Positions 1-11,656 are shown, counted from the stretch's first letter. The stretch is DNA of 64,000 nucleotides from Blastocatellia bacterium (GCA_033763135.1 JANRKY010000294.1:2613-66612), one strand, 5' to 3'. Notes: generated from the letters alone by a model not told the origin. Numbers and translations are program-made.

Positions 1-2
1 TC

Positions 3-2414
3 AGCTCGGGCTATCACACCTATTTCTCGAACAACCGGGGCAACTCGCCGAGCCGAACCGTCACCGACAACCTGACCTGGCTGAAGGGGTCGCACACGAT
101 CAACTTCGGCGGCAGCTATGCGCGCATCCAGTCCTATGAACAGGCGGCCTCGACGGCGCTGGTCCCGGGCGTCACGATCGGCGTCGCGGCCAATGATCCG
201 GTCAACACCGGCGCGACGAGCATCTTCACGACGGCCAACTTCCCGAACAGCACGCCGCAGCAGCGCACCGAGGCGGCCGCGCTCTACGCGCAACTGACGG
301 GCCGCATCTCGGCGACGACGCGCGCCGCGGCCTTTGATGAAAAGACGCGAAAGTTCGCGCTGGCGCCGATGGTCGAGCGGAATCATTATTACGAGGTCGG
401 GCTCTACGCGCAGGATTCCTGGAAGGTCTCTCCGGGGCTGACGCTTTCGGGCGGCCTGCGATGGGAGTTCGATCCCGCGCCGGTCAACGACAACAACGTC
501 TACACGCGCACCGGGCCCGACGGCGTCTTCGGGGTCTCGGGCCTCGACAACCTGTTCAATCCCGGCGTCTATCGGGGCGGGTTGACGCAGTATCGCCTCA
601 TCGAGCCCGGGGAGAAGGCGTTCAAGAACAACTACAAGGATTTCGCGCCGAGTCTCGGCTTTGCCTGGTCGCCGCGTTTCAAGGGGGGCCTGCTCGGACG
701 CCTTCTCGGCGACGGTTCGCAGACAGTCCTGCGCGGCGGCTACTCGATCGCGTTCATCCGCGAAGGCTTCGAGGCGTTCAACAGCATGTTCGGCGCGAAT
801 GAAGGCGTGACCGTCTCGACCGGCACGAGCGCGGCCAACTTTCCGGTCGAGTTCGGTCCGGCGGGCAGCCGGTTGCTGCGCGATTCGTCGCTGCCGTTTC
901 TGCCCATTCCGGATGCGGTCTTTCCCTTCACCGCACGGCAGGGCGCCTCGCCGAACGATTTCAATCCGAACCTGCGGCCGGGCTACACGCAATCGTGGAC
1001 CTTGGGCATTCAACGCGAGCTGACCCGGGATATGGCGTTCGAGGTTCGGTATGTCGGCAATCATGGGACGCGGCTGTGGCGGCAATACGAGATCGGCGAG
1101 GTCAACATCTTCGAGAACGGGTTCCTCAATGAGTTCAAGGCGGCGCAGCGAAATCAGGCCATCTGTCAGGCCAATGCGACGGCCTGTCTCGCCGCGCAGA
1201 CCTCGGTCTCGGCGGCGAGCCGCACCGCGAACAGTTACGGCAACTGGGGGCTGCCCGGACAGAGCGCCGTGCCGATCCTGCAGACGGCGCTCGGCGCGGT
1301 CGATCTGAACACGATCGTCTCCCTCTCGCGCGGCGAAGCCGGGCGCGTGGCGGCGAGCATCGCGCAGAATCTGACGCGGATGAATACGCTGATCGCCAAT
1401 CCCGTGACGGCGGGCCTCGTCAAACCGATCACGCTGCCCGACCCGAACAACCCGGGCCAGAGCGTCACGCTCTCGAACTTCTTCGTCGCCAATCCGCGTT
1501 CGCCGACCCTCTCGTTTCTGATGGACAACGCCGCGGACAGCAACTATCACGCGATGCAGGTCGAACTGCGGCGGCGACTGAGCCGGGGTCTGCTGGTCCA
1601 GGGCAATTACGTCTGGGCGAAATCGCTCTCCAACCTGTTCGCCAACAGCAATGCCGTATTCAACACGCCGACCACGCTGCGCGATCCGAACCGGGACAAG
1701 TCGGTCGGCCCGCGCGACATTCGCCACGCGTTCAAATTCGATTATATCTACGAACTCCCCGTCGGCCCGGGCCGCAGCTTCCTTCACGGCGGCCCGGCCT
1801 TCGTCAAACGCGCGCTCGAAGGCTGGCAGTTCGGCGGCGTCGCGCGCATTCAATCCGGCACGCCGACGCTCGTCACCAGCGGACGACAGACCTTCAACAA
1901 TCGGGACGCGGGCGTCGTGCTCCATAACATCACGCGCAACCAGCTCCAGGACCTGATCCGCATCCGCAAGGAGACGGTCTGCGATCCGGCCTGCCGCGGC
2001 GTGGTCTATTACCTCCCGCAGGAGTTCATCGACAACACACTGGCGGCGTTCGAGCAGGGCGGCAAGACGCTGGCCAACCTCGATCGCTCCAAACCCCATA
2101 TCGGCCCGCCGACCACGGCCGGCGAGCTCGGCTCGATCCTCTATCTCTACGGGCCGTGGACCTCTCGCTTCGATCTCAACCTGATGAAGCGCACCCGGCT
2201 CACCGAAAAGACCAATCTCGAATTCCGGGTGCAGTTCCTGAACGCCTTCAATCAATCGAGCATCATGATCCGCACCGCGGGCGCCGACGCCTCGACCGCC
2301 GGCGTCAATGCGAGCTTCGGCCAGACGCGGAACGCGTTCCGGGACATCAACGTCTCCGGAACCAACGACCCCGGCGGCCGACTGGTCGAATTTCAACTGC
2401 GGTTCAATTTCTAA
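3..2414 (+). CDS. TonB-dependent outer-membrane receptor, C-terminal ~800 aa (5' end cut by the window edge)
   Basis: The frame is open from nt 3 (SSGYHTYFSNNRGNSP..LTWLKGSHTINFGGSY) into listed ORF 369..2414. Composition is beta-barrel-like and Gly/Asn/Tyr-rich. The aromatic terminus ..EFQLRFNF is typical of OM barrels. Same protein style as the full-length receptors at 18834..22334 and 49251..52946. Confidence 0.85.
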   Translation, partial: SSGYHTYFSNNRGNSPSRTVTDNLTWLKGSHTINFGGSYARIQSYEQAASTALVPGVTIGVAANDPVNTGATSIFTTANFPNSTPQQRTEAAALYAQLTGRISATTRAAAFDEKTRKFALAPMVERNHYYEVGLYAQDSWKVSPGLTLSGGLRWEFDPAPVNDNNVYTRTGPDGVFGVSGLDNLFNPGVYRGGLTQYRLIEPGEKAFKNNYKDFAPSLGFAWSPRFKGGLLGRLLGDGSQTVLRGGYSIAFIREGFEAFNSMFGANEGVTVSTGTSAANFPVEFGPAGSRLLRDSSLPFLPIPDAVFPFTARQGASPNDFNPNLRPGYTQSWTLGIQRELTRDMAFEVRYVGNHGTRLWRQYEIGEVNIFENGFLNEFKAAQRNQAICQANATACLAAQTSVSAASRTANSYGNWGLPGQSAVPILQTALGAVDLNTIVSLSRGEAGRVAASIAQNLTRMNTLIANPVTAGLVKPITLPDPNNPGQSVTLSNFFVANPRSPTLSFLMDNAADSNYHAMQVELRRRLSRGLLVQGNYVWAKSLSNLFANSNAVFNTPTTLRDPNRDKSVGPRDIRHAFKFDYIYELPVGPGRSFLHGGPAFVKRALEGWQFGGVARIQSGTPTLVTSGRQTFNNRDAGVVLHNITRNQLQDLIRIRKETVCDPACRGVVYYLPQEFIDNTLAAFEQGGKTLANLDRSKPHIGPPTTAGELGSILYLYGPWTSRFDLNLMKRTRLTEKTNLEFRVQFLNAFNQSSIMIRTAGADASTAGVNASFGQTRNAFRDINVSGTNDPGGRLVEFQLRFNF

Positions 2415-2445
2415 ATCTGCCCATGGAGCATTCGGGCAGATTTTG
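2414..2445 (+). terminator. Intrinsic terminator after the TBDR gene
   Basis: A 9-bp stem AATCTGCCC / GGGCAGATT with an 11-nt loop, followed by a T-run, starts at the stop codon. Confidence 0.6.
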
Positions 2446-2576
2446 CGGGCGTTGCATGCGAGATGATCAATGAAACGGAGGGCCAGTTTCCAGTTGAGCG
2501 GAAGAGGGTAACCATCTATGCTTTGTCTTGTTGCCAAAAGAAATCAGAACACGAAGATGATCCACAAAGAAGGGAG

Positions 2577-2834
2577 ATGAAAGCGATGGCGACGCCGTTG
2601 ACCGAGATCATGCGAGAAATGGAGAAACTTACGTCGGACGAGCAATTGAAGCTCGCAGCAAAGCTGATTGAATGGGCGCGCAGAGGCGCCACTGTAATTC
2701 GCCCAAGCTGCCGCTGGCTCGATCTTATGGGGGCGGCCCCCTATCCAATGATGGGAGAAGACGCACAAGCCTGGGTGTCGCGCACGCGACAGGAGGGGAA
2801 TGACGAGCGGGAAAAACAGTGGAGCCAGAAATAG
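2577..2834 (+). CDS. Putative type II antitoxin, called by position upstream of the PIN toxin
   Basis: ATG at 2577 is preceded by GGGAG. The 85-aa protein has a helical N-terminus (LTEIMREMEKLTSDEQLKLAAKLIEWA) resembling addiction-module antitoxin N-termini. Its stop TAG abuts the vapC ATG (TAGATG). The upstream part of listed ORF 2463..2834 has no RBS. Confidence 0.55.
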   Translation: MKAMATPLTEIMREMEKLTSDEQLKLAAKLIEWARRGATVIRPSCRWLDLMGAAPYPMMGEDAQAWVSRTRQEGNDEREKQWSQK

Positions 2835-3284
2835 ATGAATGTTTCCGCCGCAGTGCAAAATGTTTCTCGGCTGTTTCTTGACACAGCGCCAGTTGTATAC
2901 CTCGTGGAGAAAAATCCAGAGTACCTCAGCCGCGTGAAGGCGATCTTCGCGGGAATAGACAATGGGCGACTCGAAGCAGTGACCTCTCCGGTCACGCTTG
3001 CCGAGTGCCTCGTGTTTCCGATCAGACATGACCAGGTGAAGCTTCAACAGGATTTCATCGACGTTATCGTATACGGTCCGAACACATCTTTTGCCGAAAT
3101 TGACCAGCAAACAGGAGAGATCGCGGCCCAGCTTCGCGCGAAGCATAATTTACGTCTGCCGGATGCGCTGCAGATTGCCGCGGCGATACAAAATGATTGC
3201 GACGCATTTCTGACGAACGATACGGGGTTAAAACGCGTCCGGGAGCTGCGAATCCTGGTGATCGATGAGCTTGAAGACAGCTGA
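2835..3284 (+). CDS. vapC: PIN-domain ribonuclease toxin (VapC family)
   Basis: 149 aa with the PIN acidic signature: LFLDTAP (Asp), TLAECL (Glu), LPDALQIA (Asp) and FLTNDTG (Asp). Directly coupled to the upstream small ORF. Confidence 0.85.
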   Translation: MNVSAAVQNVSRLFLDTAPVVYLVEKNPEYLSRVKAIFAGIDNGRLEAVTSPVTLAECLVFPIRHDQVKLQQDFIDVIVYGPNTSFAEIDQQTGEIAAQLRAKHNLRLPDALQIAAAIQNDCDAFLTNDTGLKRVRELRILVIDELEDS

Positions 3285-3316
3285 TGGCCTGCTCGGCGAC
3301 CAATCAGGCCATCAGC
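3280..3316 (+). terminator. 12-bp perfect hairpin overlapping the vapC stop (no U-tract)
   Basis: GCTGATGGCCTG (3280-3291) pairs with CAGGCCATCAGC (3305-3316) across a 13-nt loop. Confidence 0.35.
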
Positions 3317-3380
3317 GGCTCCGGGAGCCCGGATTGCTCAATGAAGGTCGATCGTCGACAATGGGCGGCGGAGAAATGCT

Positions 3381-4334
3381 ATGACCCAGCGATTGATGCG
3401 ATTGCGTTCGACCGCGCATTTGCGCGACCTGTGCGCGGAGACCGAGTTTACGCGCGCGCAACTGATTCAACCCTTGTTCATCGTCGAGGACCTCGTCGAG
3501 GATGAGCCGATTACGGGGCTCCGGGGGACGATGCGGCAGCGGATTCCGTCGGCGCTGCGCCAGATCGAAACCGATCTGGCGAACGGCGTTCGGCAGTTTC
3601 TGCTCTTCCCCGTCCCGGGCGAGAAACACGCGCGCGGCTTCAATCACGGCTTCGCGCGCGAGGCGATCGGGGCCATTCACAAGCAGTTCGGCGGAGATCT
3701 CTGCCTGTGGGTCGACACCTGTCTCTGCTCCTCGACGACGCACGGGCATTGCGCGGTGCTCGACGGCGAACGCATCGATCTGAACGCGACCCTCGATGAA
3801 CTGGCGCAGGCCGCGGTGGCCTTTGCCGAAGCGGGCGCCGGCGGGATCAGTCCGAGCGATATGATGGATGGTCGCGTAGCCCGCATCCGGGCCCGGCTCG
3901 ATGAGAGCGGCTTCGAGATGACGCCCGTGATGAGCTACAGCACGAAGTTCGCGAGCCAGTTCTACGGCCCGTTTCGCCAGGCGGCCGACTCCGCGCCGCA
4001 ATTCGGCGACCGCCGCCACTATCAGATCGACGTGCGGCACCGGACCGACGCGCTGGCCGCGAGCGAACGATGCGCCGCCGAAGGCGCCGATCTGCTGATG
4101 GTCAAACCCGGCCTGACTTCGCTCGATCTGATCCGCCCCATCCACGAACGCACCGGACGCCCCGTGGGCGCCTATCAGGTCAGCGGCGAATACGCCGGCC
4201 TCTCGCTCCTGGCCGACCACGGCCTGACCAACTTCGACGCCGCCCTGCTCGAAACCTGGCACGTCTTCAAACGGGCGGGCGCGCAATACATCATCACCTA
4301 CGGCGCGCGATACGCCCGCCAACTGGGGCTGTGA
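3381..4334 (+). CDS. hemB: Porphobilinogen synthase (delta-aminolevulinate dehydratase), Zn-type
   Basis: Contains the Cys-rich Zn site DTCLCSSTTHGHC, SPSDMMDGRV, the active-site Lys context YSTKFASQFYGPFR, MVKPG and AYQVSGEY. Confidence 0.93.
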   Translation: MTQRLMRLRSTAHLRDLCAETEFTRAQLIQPLFIVEDLVEDEPITGLRGTMRQRIPSALRQIETDLANGVRQFLLFPVPGEKHARGFNHGFAREAIGAIHKQFGGDLCLWVDTCLCSSTTHGHCAVLDGERIDLNATLDELAQAAVAFAEAGAGGISPSDMMDGRVARIRARLDESGFEMTPVMSYSTKFASQFYGPFRQAADSAPQFGDRRHYQIDVRHRTDALAASERCAAEGADLLMVKPGLTSLDLIRPIHERTGRPVGAYQVSGEYAGLSLLADHGLTNFDAALLETWHVFKRAGAQYIITYGARYARQLGL

Positions 4335-4444
4335 ACGCGACCTCGAACGGAAGCGGTGAATTTCCGGCCCCCTCCATCGCCACTCTACTGAACGCACTCG
4401 ATCGCACGTGGCGGCCGAAACGATGACCAAAATCTCGTATCGAA

Positions 4445-5014
4445 CTATTTCCTCTCATCTCTTAATCCATATTTTTTTCGAAAATAGTCAAACTCCTCCA
4501 ATCCTTTATAGGCGTCCCCATAGTACCCCTCAAAATCTCCAATCAGTGTAATCTTATTTTGAGCATCAATGGAAAAAGGCCATAGTCGGTTTACTCGGCC
4601 ATTTTCCACGATCACTCCCGCCCAACCACCAAATAAACTGCCATCAATCGGGGATTTCTCAGGAACTGCAAACAGATACCTGTTCAGCAAAAATACTCTG
4701 CTCCATAAAGCCGAATCCAGCGGATTTTTCTCAAATAACAAGGCGATCGCCTGTCGTATTAACACTATATCGTTTCTCGAAATTGCCTCCAGGCATTTTT
4801 CAATCTTCTTTCTTACAGCTACATTCTCAGATTCGATTCTGTCCCAAGCAGGACAAGAAGCAATTTGAGAAGCAATCTTTTGAACATCGCCATCCATGCT
4901 GATCTTATCGTTTGAACTTGCTCGTAATTCTTGCCCCAAGAGGAGTCCCGAGCCTTGTGCCGCTAAAATGATAAAGACCCCAAATTTAACGAATTTTCGG
5001 ATCAGCATAATCAC
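4445..5014 (-). CDS. Hypothetical secreted or membrane-anchored protein (orphan) in the low-GC islet
   Basis: 189-aa ORF with an N-terminal hydrophobic segment (FVKFGVFIILAAQGSGLLLG). Codon usage is AT-rich, unlike its neighbours. No family recognised. Confidence 0.5.
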   Translation of the reverse strand: MIMLIRKFVKFGVFIILAAQGSGLLLGQELRASSNDKISMDGDVQKIASQIASCPAWDRIESENVAVRKKIEKCLEAISRNDIVLIRQAIALLFEKNPLDSALWSRVFLLNRYLFAVPEKSPIDGSLFGGWAGVIVENGRVNRLWPFSIDAQNKITLIGDFEGYYGDAYKGLEEFDYFRKKYGLRDERK

Positions 5015-5217
5015 CTTCTATGCTTGTCTTTGCATATTTTCAATCTCGGCGTAGCCAGCTCAGGCTTCTTGTCGCTGTTTGCCGAACGGGTTATAAGCAC
5101 GGCTCCTGATGCGAATAAATTCCAAGACTCTCCGCGCCTCTGTGGCCGACCTCCCGCTCATTGTGGCCGAATCGATAATCAAGGCCTTGAAGGACATTTT
5201 GAGCATGTATTCTGACA

Positions 5218-5757
5218 TCAGCCTGTTCTCATAGAATCCGGCCAAGGCGTCGATTCTGAGACCGTCCTTATCTCAGAAAGCTGGCTTCGGATAATTTTGA
5301 ATTTTGCCCAGCTTAGGTGGCCAAATCCATCTTGAGGGGGGAGCGCAACAAAAAAATGCCCCGTTATAGTTACTCTTACCCGGGCTATTTTTTTGTCCTT
5401 TCGCGCTTTTTCAATCATTCTATTCAATTTCGATATAACAGCCGGATCGTTTCGTGACGGAATATTATTGCCATCAGCAAGGACAAAAGCGTTCTGCCTG
5501 TTACAAGCAGGGTCGTAAAAAAACGATTCTCCTCCGTCTACCTGAGGCTGAGTGTAAACAACCAGTATGGCCTCTGTAGTGATCAGCTTTTTATCGTATC
5601 TGTCTGAATTCTTGAGAAGCTCGCAGAAAGATAGCGATTCTGGTTCTTGCTGCAATGATTCAGAAAGGGCAGAGCTTTCTGGAAAAATCGGCAGTGCCTT
5701 TTCGGAAGGACGAGCAATGAGCAAAATAAAAGCAATCAGGTAAAACCTAAAATGCAT
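5218..5757 (-). CDS. Hypothetical secreted protein (orphan) in the low-GC islet
   Basis: An internal ATG at 5757 gives a signal-peptide-like N-terminus MHFRFYLIAFILLIARPSEKA. The longer listed ORF (to 6144) reads through the palindromic repeat at 5838-6110 and is rejected. Confidence 0.5.
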   Translation of the reverse strand: MHFRFYLIAFILLIARPSEKALPIFPESSALSESLQQEPESLSFCELLKNSDRYDKKLITTEAILVVYTQPQVDGGESFFYDPACNRQNAFVLADGNNIPSRNDPAVISKLNRMIEKARKDKKIARVRVTITGHFFVALPPQDGFGHLSWAKFKIIRSQLSEIRTVSESTPWPDSMRTG

Positions 5758-5837
5758 AATTCTCTCCAGCCTTTCTCTGCAAGGCATGAAATAAAACCGA
5801 GCTATAGCCATCTTGTTGGTGAATTGAAATGGGGCGT

Positions 5838-6110
5838 CTAAGAGGGTGTTTTGAAATTCCGGTCGTCTCAACCCGCGAAGCGGGTGGCAGCATAAAGCCT
5901 GGGGTGAAGGCGAAGCCGGAACCCCAGGTTCGGCGAAGAGGATTTTCGAGCCCGTGAAACGGGCGACAGCCAACGCGCTGTCGCCCGTTTCACGGGCTCG
6001 TGAGCGCTTTCGATCCCATCCTGGGGTTCCGGCTTCGCCTTCACCCCAGGCTTTACGCTGTCGCCTGCTTCGCAGGCTACAAGGACTCAATTTCAAAACA
6101 CCCTCTGAGA
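5838..6110. repeat. Nested-palindrome MITE/REP-like element, copy 1
   Basis: Terminal inverted repeats are AGAGGGTGTTTTGAAAT and ATTTCAAAACACCCTCT. Internal arms are AACCCGCGAAGCGGGTGGCAGC.TAAAGCCTGGGGTG.AGGCGAAGCCGGAACCCCAGG and its reverse complement. The central hairpin lies at 5948-5999. A second copy is at 31359-31627. Confidence 0.85.
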
Positions 6111-6183
6111 GAGGCAGAGAGGATTTCTTTTGCCTTCTGGTCATTGCCTTTTGTCTATTGGTCTACAATCCAAGGATATCAAA

Positions 6184-7890
6184 ATGCATTGGCTCGATTG
6201 GGCGATCGTCGCGGCGTATCTGGTCTACGTTGTGTATGACGGGCTGCGATTGACGAAGCGGAGCAATGAAGTCGAGGGCTATTTTCTGGCGAATCGAAGT
6301 CTGCCCTGGTGGGCGGTCGGTTTGTCGGTGATGGCGACGCAGCTTTCGGCGATCACGCTGGTCAGCACGACGGGGCAGGCGTATGCGGACGGGATGCGGT
6401 TCGTGCAGTTCTATTTCGGGCTGCCGTTCGCGATGATCGTTCTCTGCGTGACGGTGGTGCCGTTCTTTTATCGCGCCAAGGTCTATACGGCCTATGAGTA
6501 TCTGGAGCGGCGGTTCGACGCGAAGACGCGGGCGCTGGCGAGTTTCTGTTTTCTGATTCAGCGGGCGCTGGCGTGCGGCGCGGTGGTGGCGGCGCCGTCG
6601 GTGGTGCTCTCGATCGTGCTTGGGTGGAGCGAGTGGCAGACGATCCTGGTGATGGGGTTGACGACGACGATCTATACGATGTTCGGCGGGGTGCAGGCGG
6701 TGACCTGGACCGACGTCAAGCAGATGGTCGTGATCTTCGTCGGTCTCTTCGTGGTGCTCTATGTGATCGTCGATCAGTTTCCGCCGGGCGTCTCGATGGG
6801 CGAAGCGCTGACGCTGGCGAGCGCGGCGGGACGCTTGAAGACGGTCGATTTCAGCTTCAATCCGAACGAGACCTATACGCTCTGGTCGGGGCTGCTGGGC
6901 GGCTTCTTTCTGGCGATGGCCTATTTCGGCTGCGATCAGAGCCAGGTGCAGCGTTTTCTGACGGCGAAGTCCGTGTCGCAGGGGCGAACGTCGCTGCTGA
7001 TGAGCGCATTCGTCAAGATCCCGATGCAGTTTCTGATTCTGTTCATCGGGGTGATGGTCTTCGTCTTCTATCAGTTCGTGCAGCCGCCGATGATCTTCAA
7101 GGCGGACGATCGGGCGCGCGTCGAACTGAGCGCGCCGCATCAGACCGAATACTGGAAGCTGCAGGCGGAATATTCGCAGGCGTTTCTGATGCGGCAGCAG
7201 GCGGCGCTGGCCTTTGCGCGGGCGGACGAACGGACGGACGTCGCGAATATCACGAAGAACAGTTATGTCGAATCGAACAAGCTCTTCAATGACGTGCGCG
7301 GCCGGGCGGTGGGGCTGGTCAAGCGGGCGACGGGAAGCGAAAAATTCAACGACACGAACTACGTCTTTCCCTCGTTTGTGACGACCTACGCGCCGGCCGG
7401 CGTGGTGGGACTGATCATTGCGGCGATCTTCGCGGCGGCGATGTCGACGATCTCGGCCGAACTGGCCTCGCTTTCGACGGCGACCGTCATGGACTTCTAT
7501 CGGCGCCATTTTCGAAAAGAGGCGGCCGATGCCCATTATCTCAAGGTTTCGAAGATCGCCACGGGCGCCTGGGGCGCCTTTGCGTGTCTGGTCGCGCTGA
7601 ACGCGACGAAGCTCGGCTCGCTGATCGAGGTGGTCAACCGGTTCGGCTCCTATTTTTACGGTTCGCTGCTTGGGGTCTTTGTGCTGGCGATCGGGACGAA
7701 GCGGGCGAACGGGAACGGCGCCTTCTTCGGGCTGATTGCGGGCGTGGCGGTCGTGGCTGTGGTCGGGGCGTATTCGAAGATCAGCTTCCTCTGGTATAAC
7801 GTGATCGGTTGCGTTGTGGTCGTGGTGGTGGGCATGCTTCTGAGCCTGATTTTCCCGAAAAAGAATGCCGAAAAAGAAAAGAATGGATGA
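6184..7890 (+). CDS. Sodium:solute symporter family (SSF) transporter
   Basis: 568-aa polytopic membrane protein. The N-terminus [47 protein letters not shown] is typical of SSF (SGLT/PutP-like) carriers. Start chosen at ATG 6184. Confidence 0.85.
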   Translation: MHWLDWAIVAAYLVYVVYDGLRLTKRSNEVEGYFLANRSLPWWAVGLSVMATQLSAITLVSTTGQAYADGMRFVQFYFGLPFAMIVLCVTVVPFFYRAKVYTAYEYLERRFDAKTRALASFCFLIQRALACGAVVAAPSVVLSIVLGWSEWQTILVMGLTTTIYTMFGGVQAVTWTDVKQMVVIFVGLFVVLYVIVDQFPPGVSMGEALTLASAAGRLKTVDFSFNPNETYTLWSGLLGGFFLAMAYFGCDQSQVQRFLTAKSVSQGRTSLLMSAFVKIPMQFLILFIGVMVFVFYQFVQPPMIFKADDRARVELSAPHQTEYWKLQAEYSQAFLMRQQAALAFARADERTDVANITKNSYVESNKLFNDVRGRAVGLVKRATGSEKFNDTNYVFPSFVTTYAPAGVVGLIIAAIFAAAMSTISAELASLSTATVMDFYRRHFRKEAADAHYLKVSKIATGAWGAFACLVALNATKLGSLIEVVNRFGSYFYGSLLGVFVLAIGTKRANGNGAFFGLIAGVAVVAVVGAYSKISFLWYNVIGCVVVVVVGMLLSLIFPKKNAEKEKNG

Positions 7891-7894
7891 AGCC

Positions 7895-10540
<2,646 letters not shown>

Positions 10541-10662
10541 GCCGATCGGCAGGATCAACAGGATGTCTTCTCGAAGGAGCCCTCTGTTGTTCCTGCCGGT
10601 TCGCCCGAATCACTTGCTCGTGTCCGGCCGGACGCCGGCAATTTCCGGACGAGGCTCTAAAT

Positions 10663-10773
10663 ACATTCGGACAGGAAATATCAACCACGGGAAACACGGG
10701 GATCAAGAATCATCGACGCCCCGTGCTCCCCGTGGTTGAGTTTCCAGGTCAGAATGTTTCCTGGGCCGAGATT
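10663..10773. repeat. Tandem-word hairpin, family A, copy 1
   Basis: TCAACCACGGGAAACACGGGG (10681-10701) pairs with GCCCCGTGCTCCCCGTGGTTGA (10718-10739). The outer ACATTCGGACAGG and GAATGTTTCCTGG blocks are shared with the copy at 60253-60384. Confidence 0.7.
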
Positions 10774-10824
10774 GTCAGGGAATCAGCGTTTCATCATTTT
10801 TGTTCTGTACGGAGGAATAGAACC

Positions 10825-11538
10825 ATGTATCCATCAATGTTTCGCACCGTTGCAATGTTGTGTCTGGCCTTCGTTTCGGCGACTTGGGCGCTTGCCCAGC
10901 AACCTGTTGAAGGCGGCAAGAAAATCGCCGAACAAAACAGACAATTTCAAGACAAGGCGCTCGATCTTGAAATGTGGAAGAACCGTTTCGAGGTGGAAAG
11001 CCGCGAAGTCTATGCGCACCGCGACGCGCTCGTCGCGGCGCTCAAACTCAAGCCCGGCCAGCGCGTCGCCGATGTCGGCGCGGGAACCGGCGCGTTTATG
11101 GCTGCAATGCTCAAGCAGGTCGCCGACAGCGGACACTATTTTGCCGTGGACATTTCGCCGCGCTTTCTCGAACTCATCCGCGAGCGCGCCGAAACCGGCA
11201 AACACGCGAACGTGACGACGGTGCTGGGCGCCATCACAAGCATCACCTTGCCGGCCAACTCCGTCGACGCCGTCTTCATTTGCGACACCTATCATCATTT
11301 CGAAAAGCCCGAACCAGTGCTGGCTTCGATTCATAAAGCGATGAAAAAAGGCGGCACGCTCGTGGTGGTGGATTTCATTCGCGAACCGGGCAAGTCGAGC
11401 GCGTTCAGTTTGGAGCACATTCGCGCTTCGCAAGCCGTCTTTCGCAAGGAGATCGAAACCGCCGGGTTCGCCTACCAGGAAGACGTGAAAGTCGATGGCT
11501 TGAAAGAAAATTACGTCATGCGCTTCGTTAAACCATAG
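10825..11538 (+). CDS. Class I SAM-dependent methyltransferase fold with an N-terminal signal peptide
   Basis: GGAGG lies 10 nt upstream of ATG 10825. Signal-like MYPSMFRTVAMLCLAFVSATWALAQQ. Motif I is VADVGAGTGAF, and the post-I/II pattern is FAVDIS..VDAVFICDTYHH. Listed ORF 10345..11538 is over-extended. Confidence 0.8.
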   Translation: MYPSMFRTVAMLCLAFVSATWALAQQPVEGGKKIAEQNRQFQDKALDLEMWKNRFEVESREVYAHRDALVAALKLKPGQRVADVGAGTGAFMAAMLKQVADSGHYFAVDISPRFLELIRERAETGKHANVTTVLGAITSITLPANSVDAVFICDTYHHFEKPEPVLASIHKAMKKGGTLVVVDFIREPGKSSAFSLEHIRASQAVFRKEIETAGFAYQEDVKVDGLKENYVMRFVKP

Positions 11539-11549
11539 ACGGAGACAAT

Positions 11550-11624
11550 CTCCATTCTCCCTTCTCAATTTCGGGCAAGCAGTCGTCGTCCTCTTTGCCG
11601 GGAAATTGAGAAGGCGAAATGGAG
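11550..11624 (+). promoter_or_regulatory. Long imperfect hairpin between the methyltransferase and permease genes (terminator or leader structure)
   Basis: CTCCATTCTCCCTTCTCAATTTC (11550-11572) pairs with GAAATTGAGAAGGCGAAATGGAG (11602-11624) at 20 of 23 positions. An inner GGCAA/TTGCC stem is also present. Confidence 0.4.
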
Positions 11625-11656
11625 AATATCGGCCTGGATGCGGTCTGTGGATTTCC

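Noticed and set aside
3312-4430. 372-aa ORF antisense to hemB (and similar shadows at 19554..20639, 21039..22316, 22663..23940, 26657..27793, 10834..11658, 12257..13219 and 13473..14171)
   Set aside because: Same reasoning: each overlaps a gene with strong motif support on the other strand.
5758-6144. N-terminal 129-aa extension of listed ORF 5218..6144
   Set aside because: The extension is a translation of the nested palindrome at 5838-6110, which also gives mirror ORFs on the plus strand. An internal ATG at 5757 yields a proper signal peptide.
11550-11624. Glycine or lysine riboswitch upstream of the amino-acid permease
   Set aside because: The conserved cores of those riboswitches are not present. 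Only a simple long hairpin is visible.
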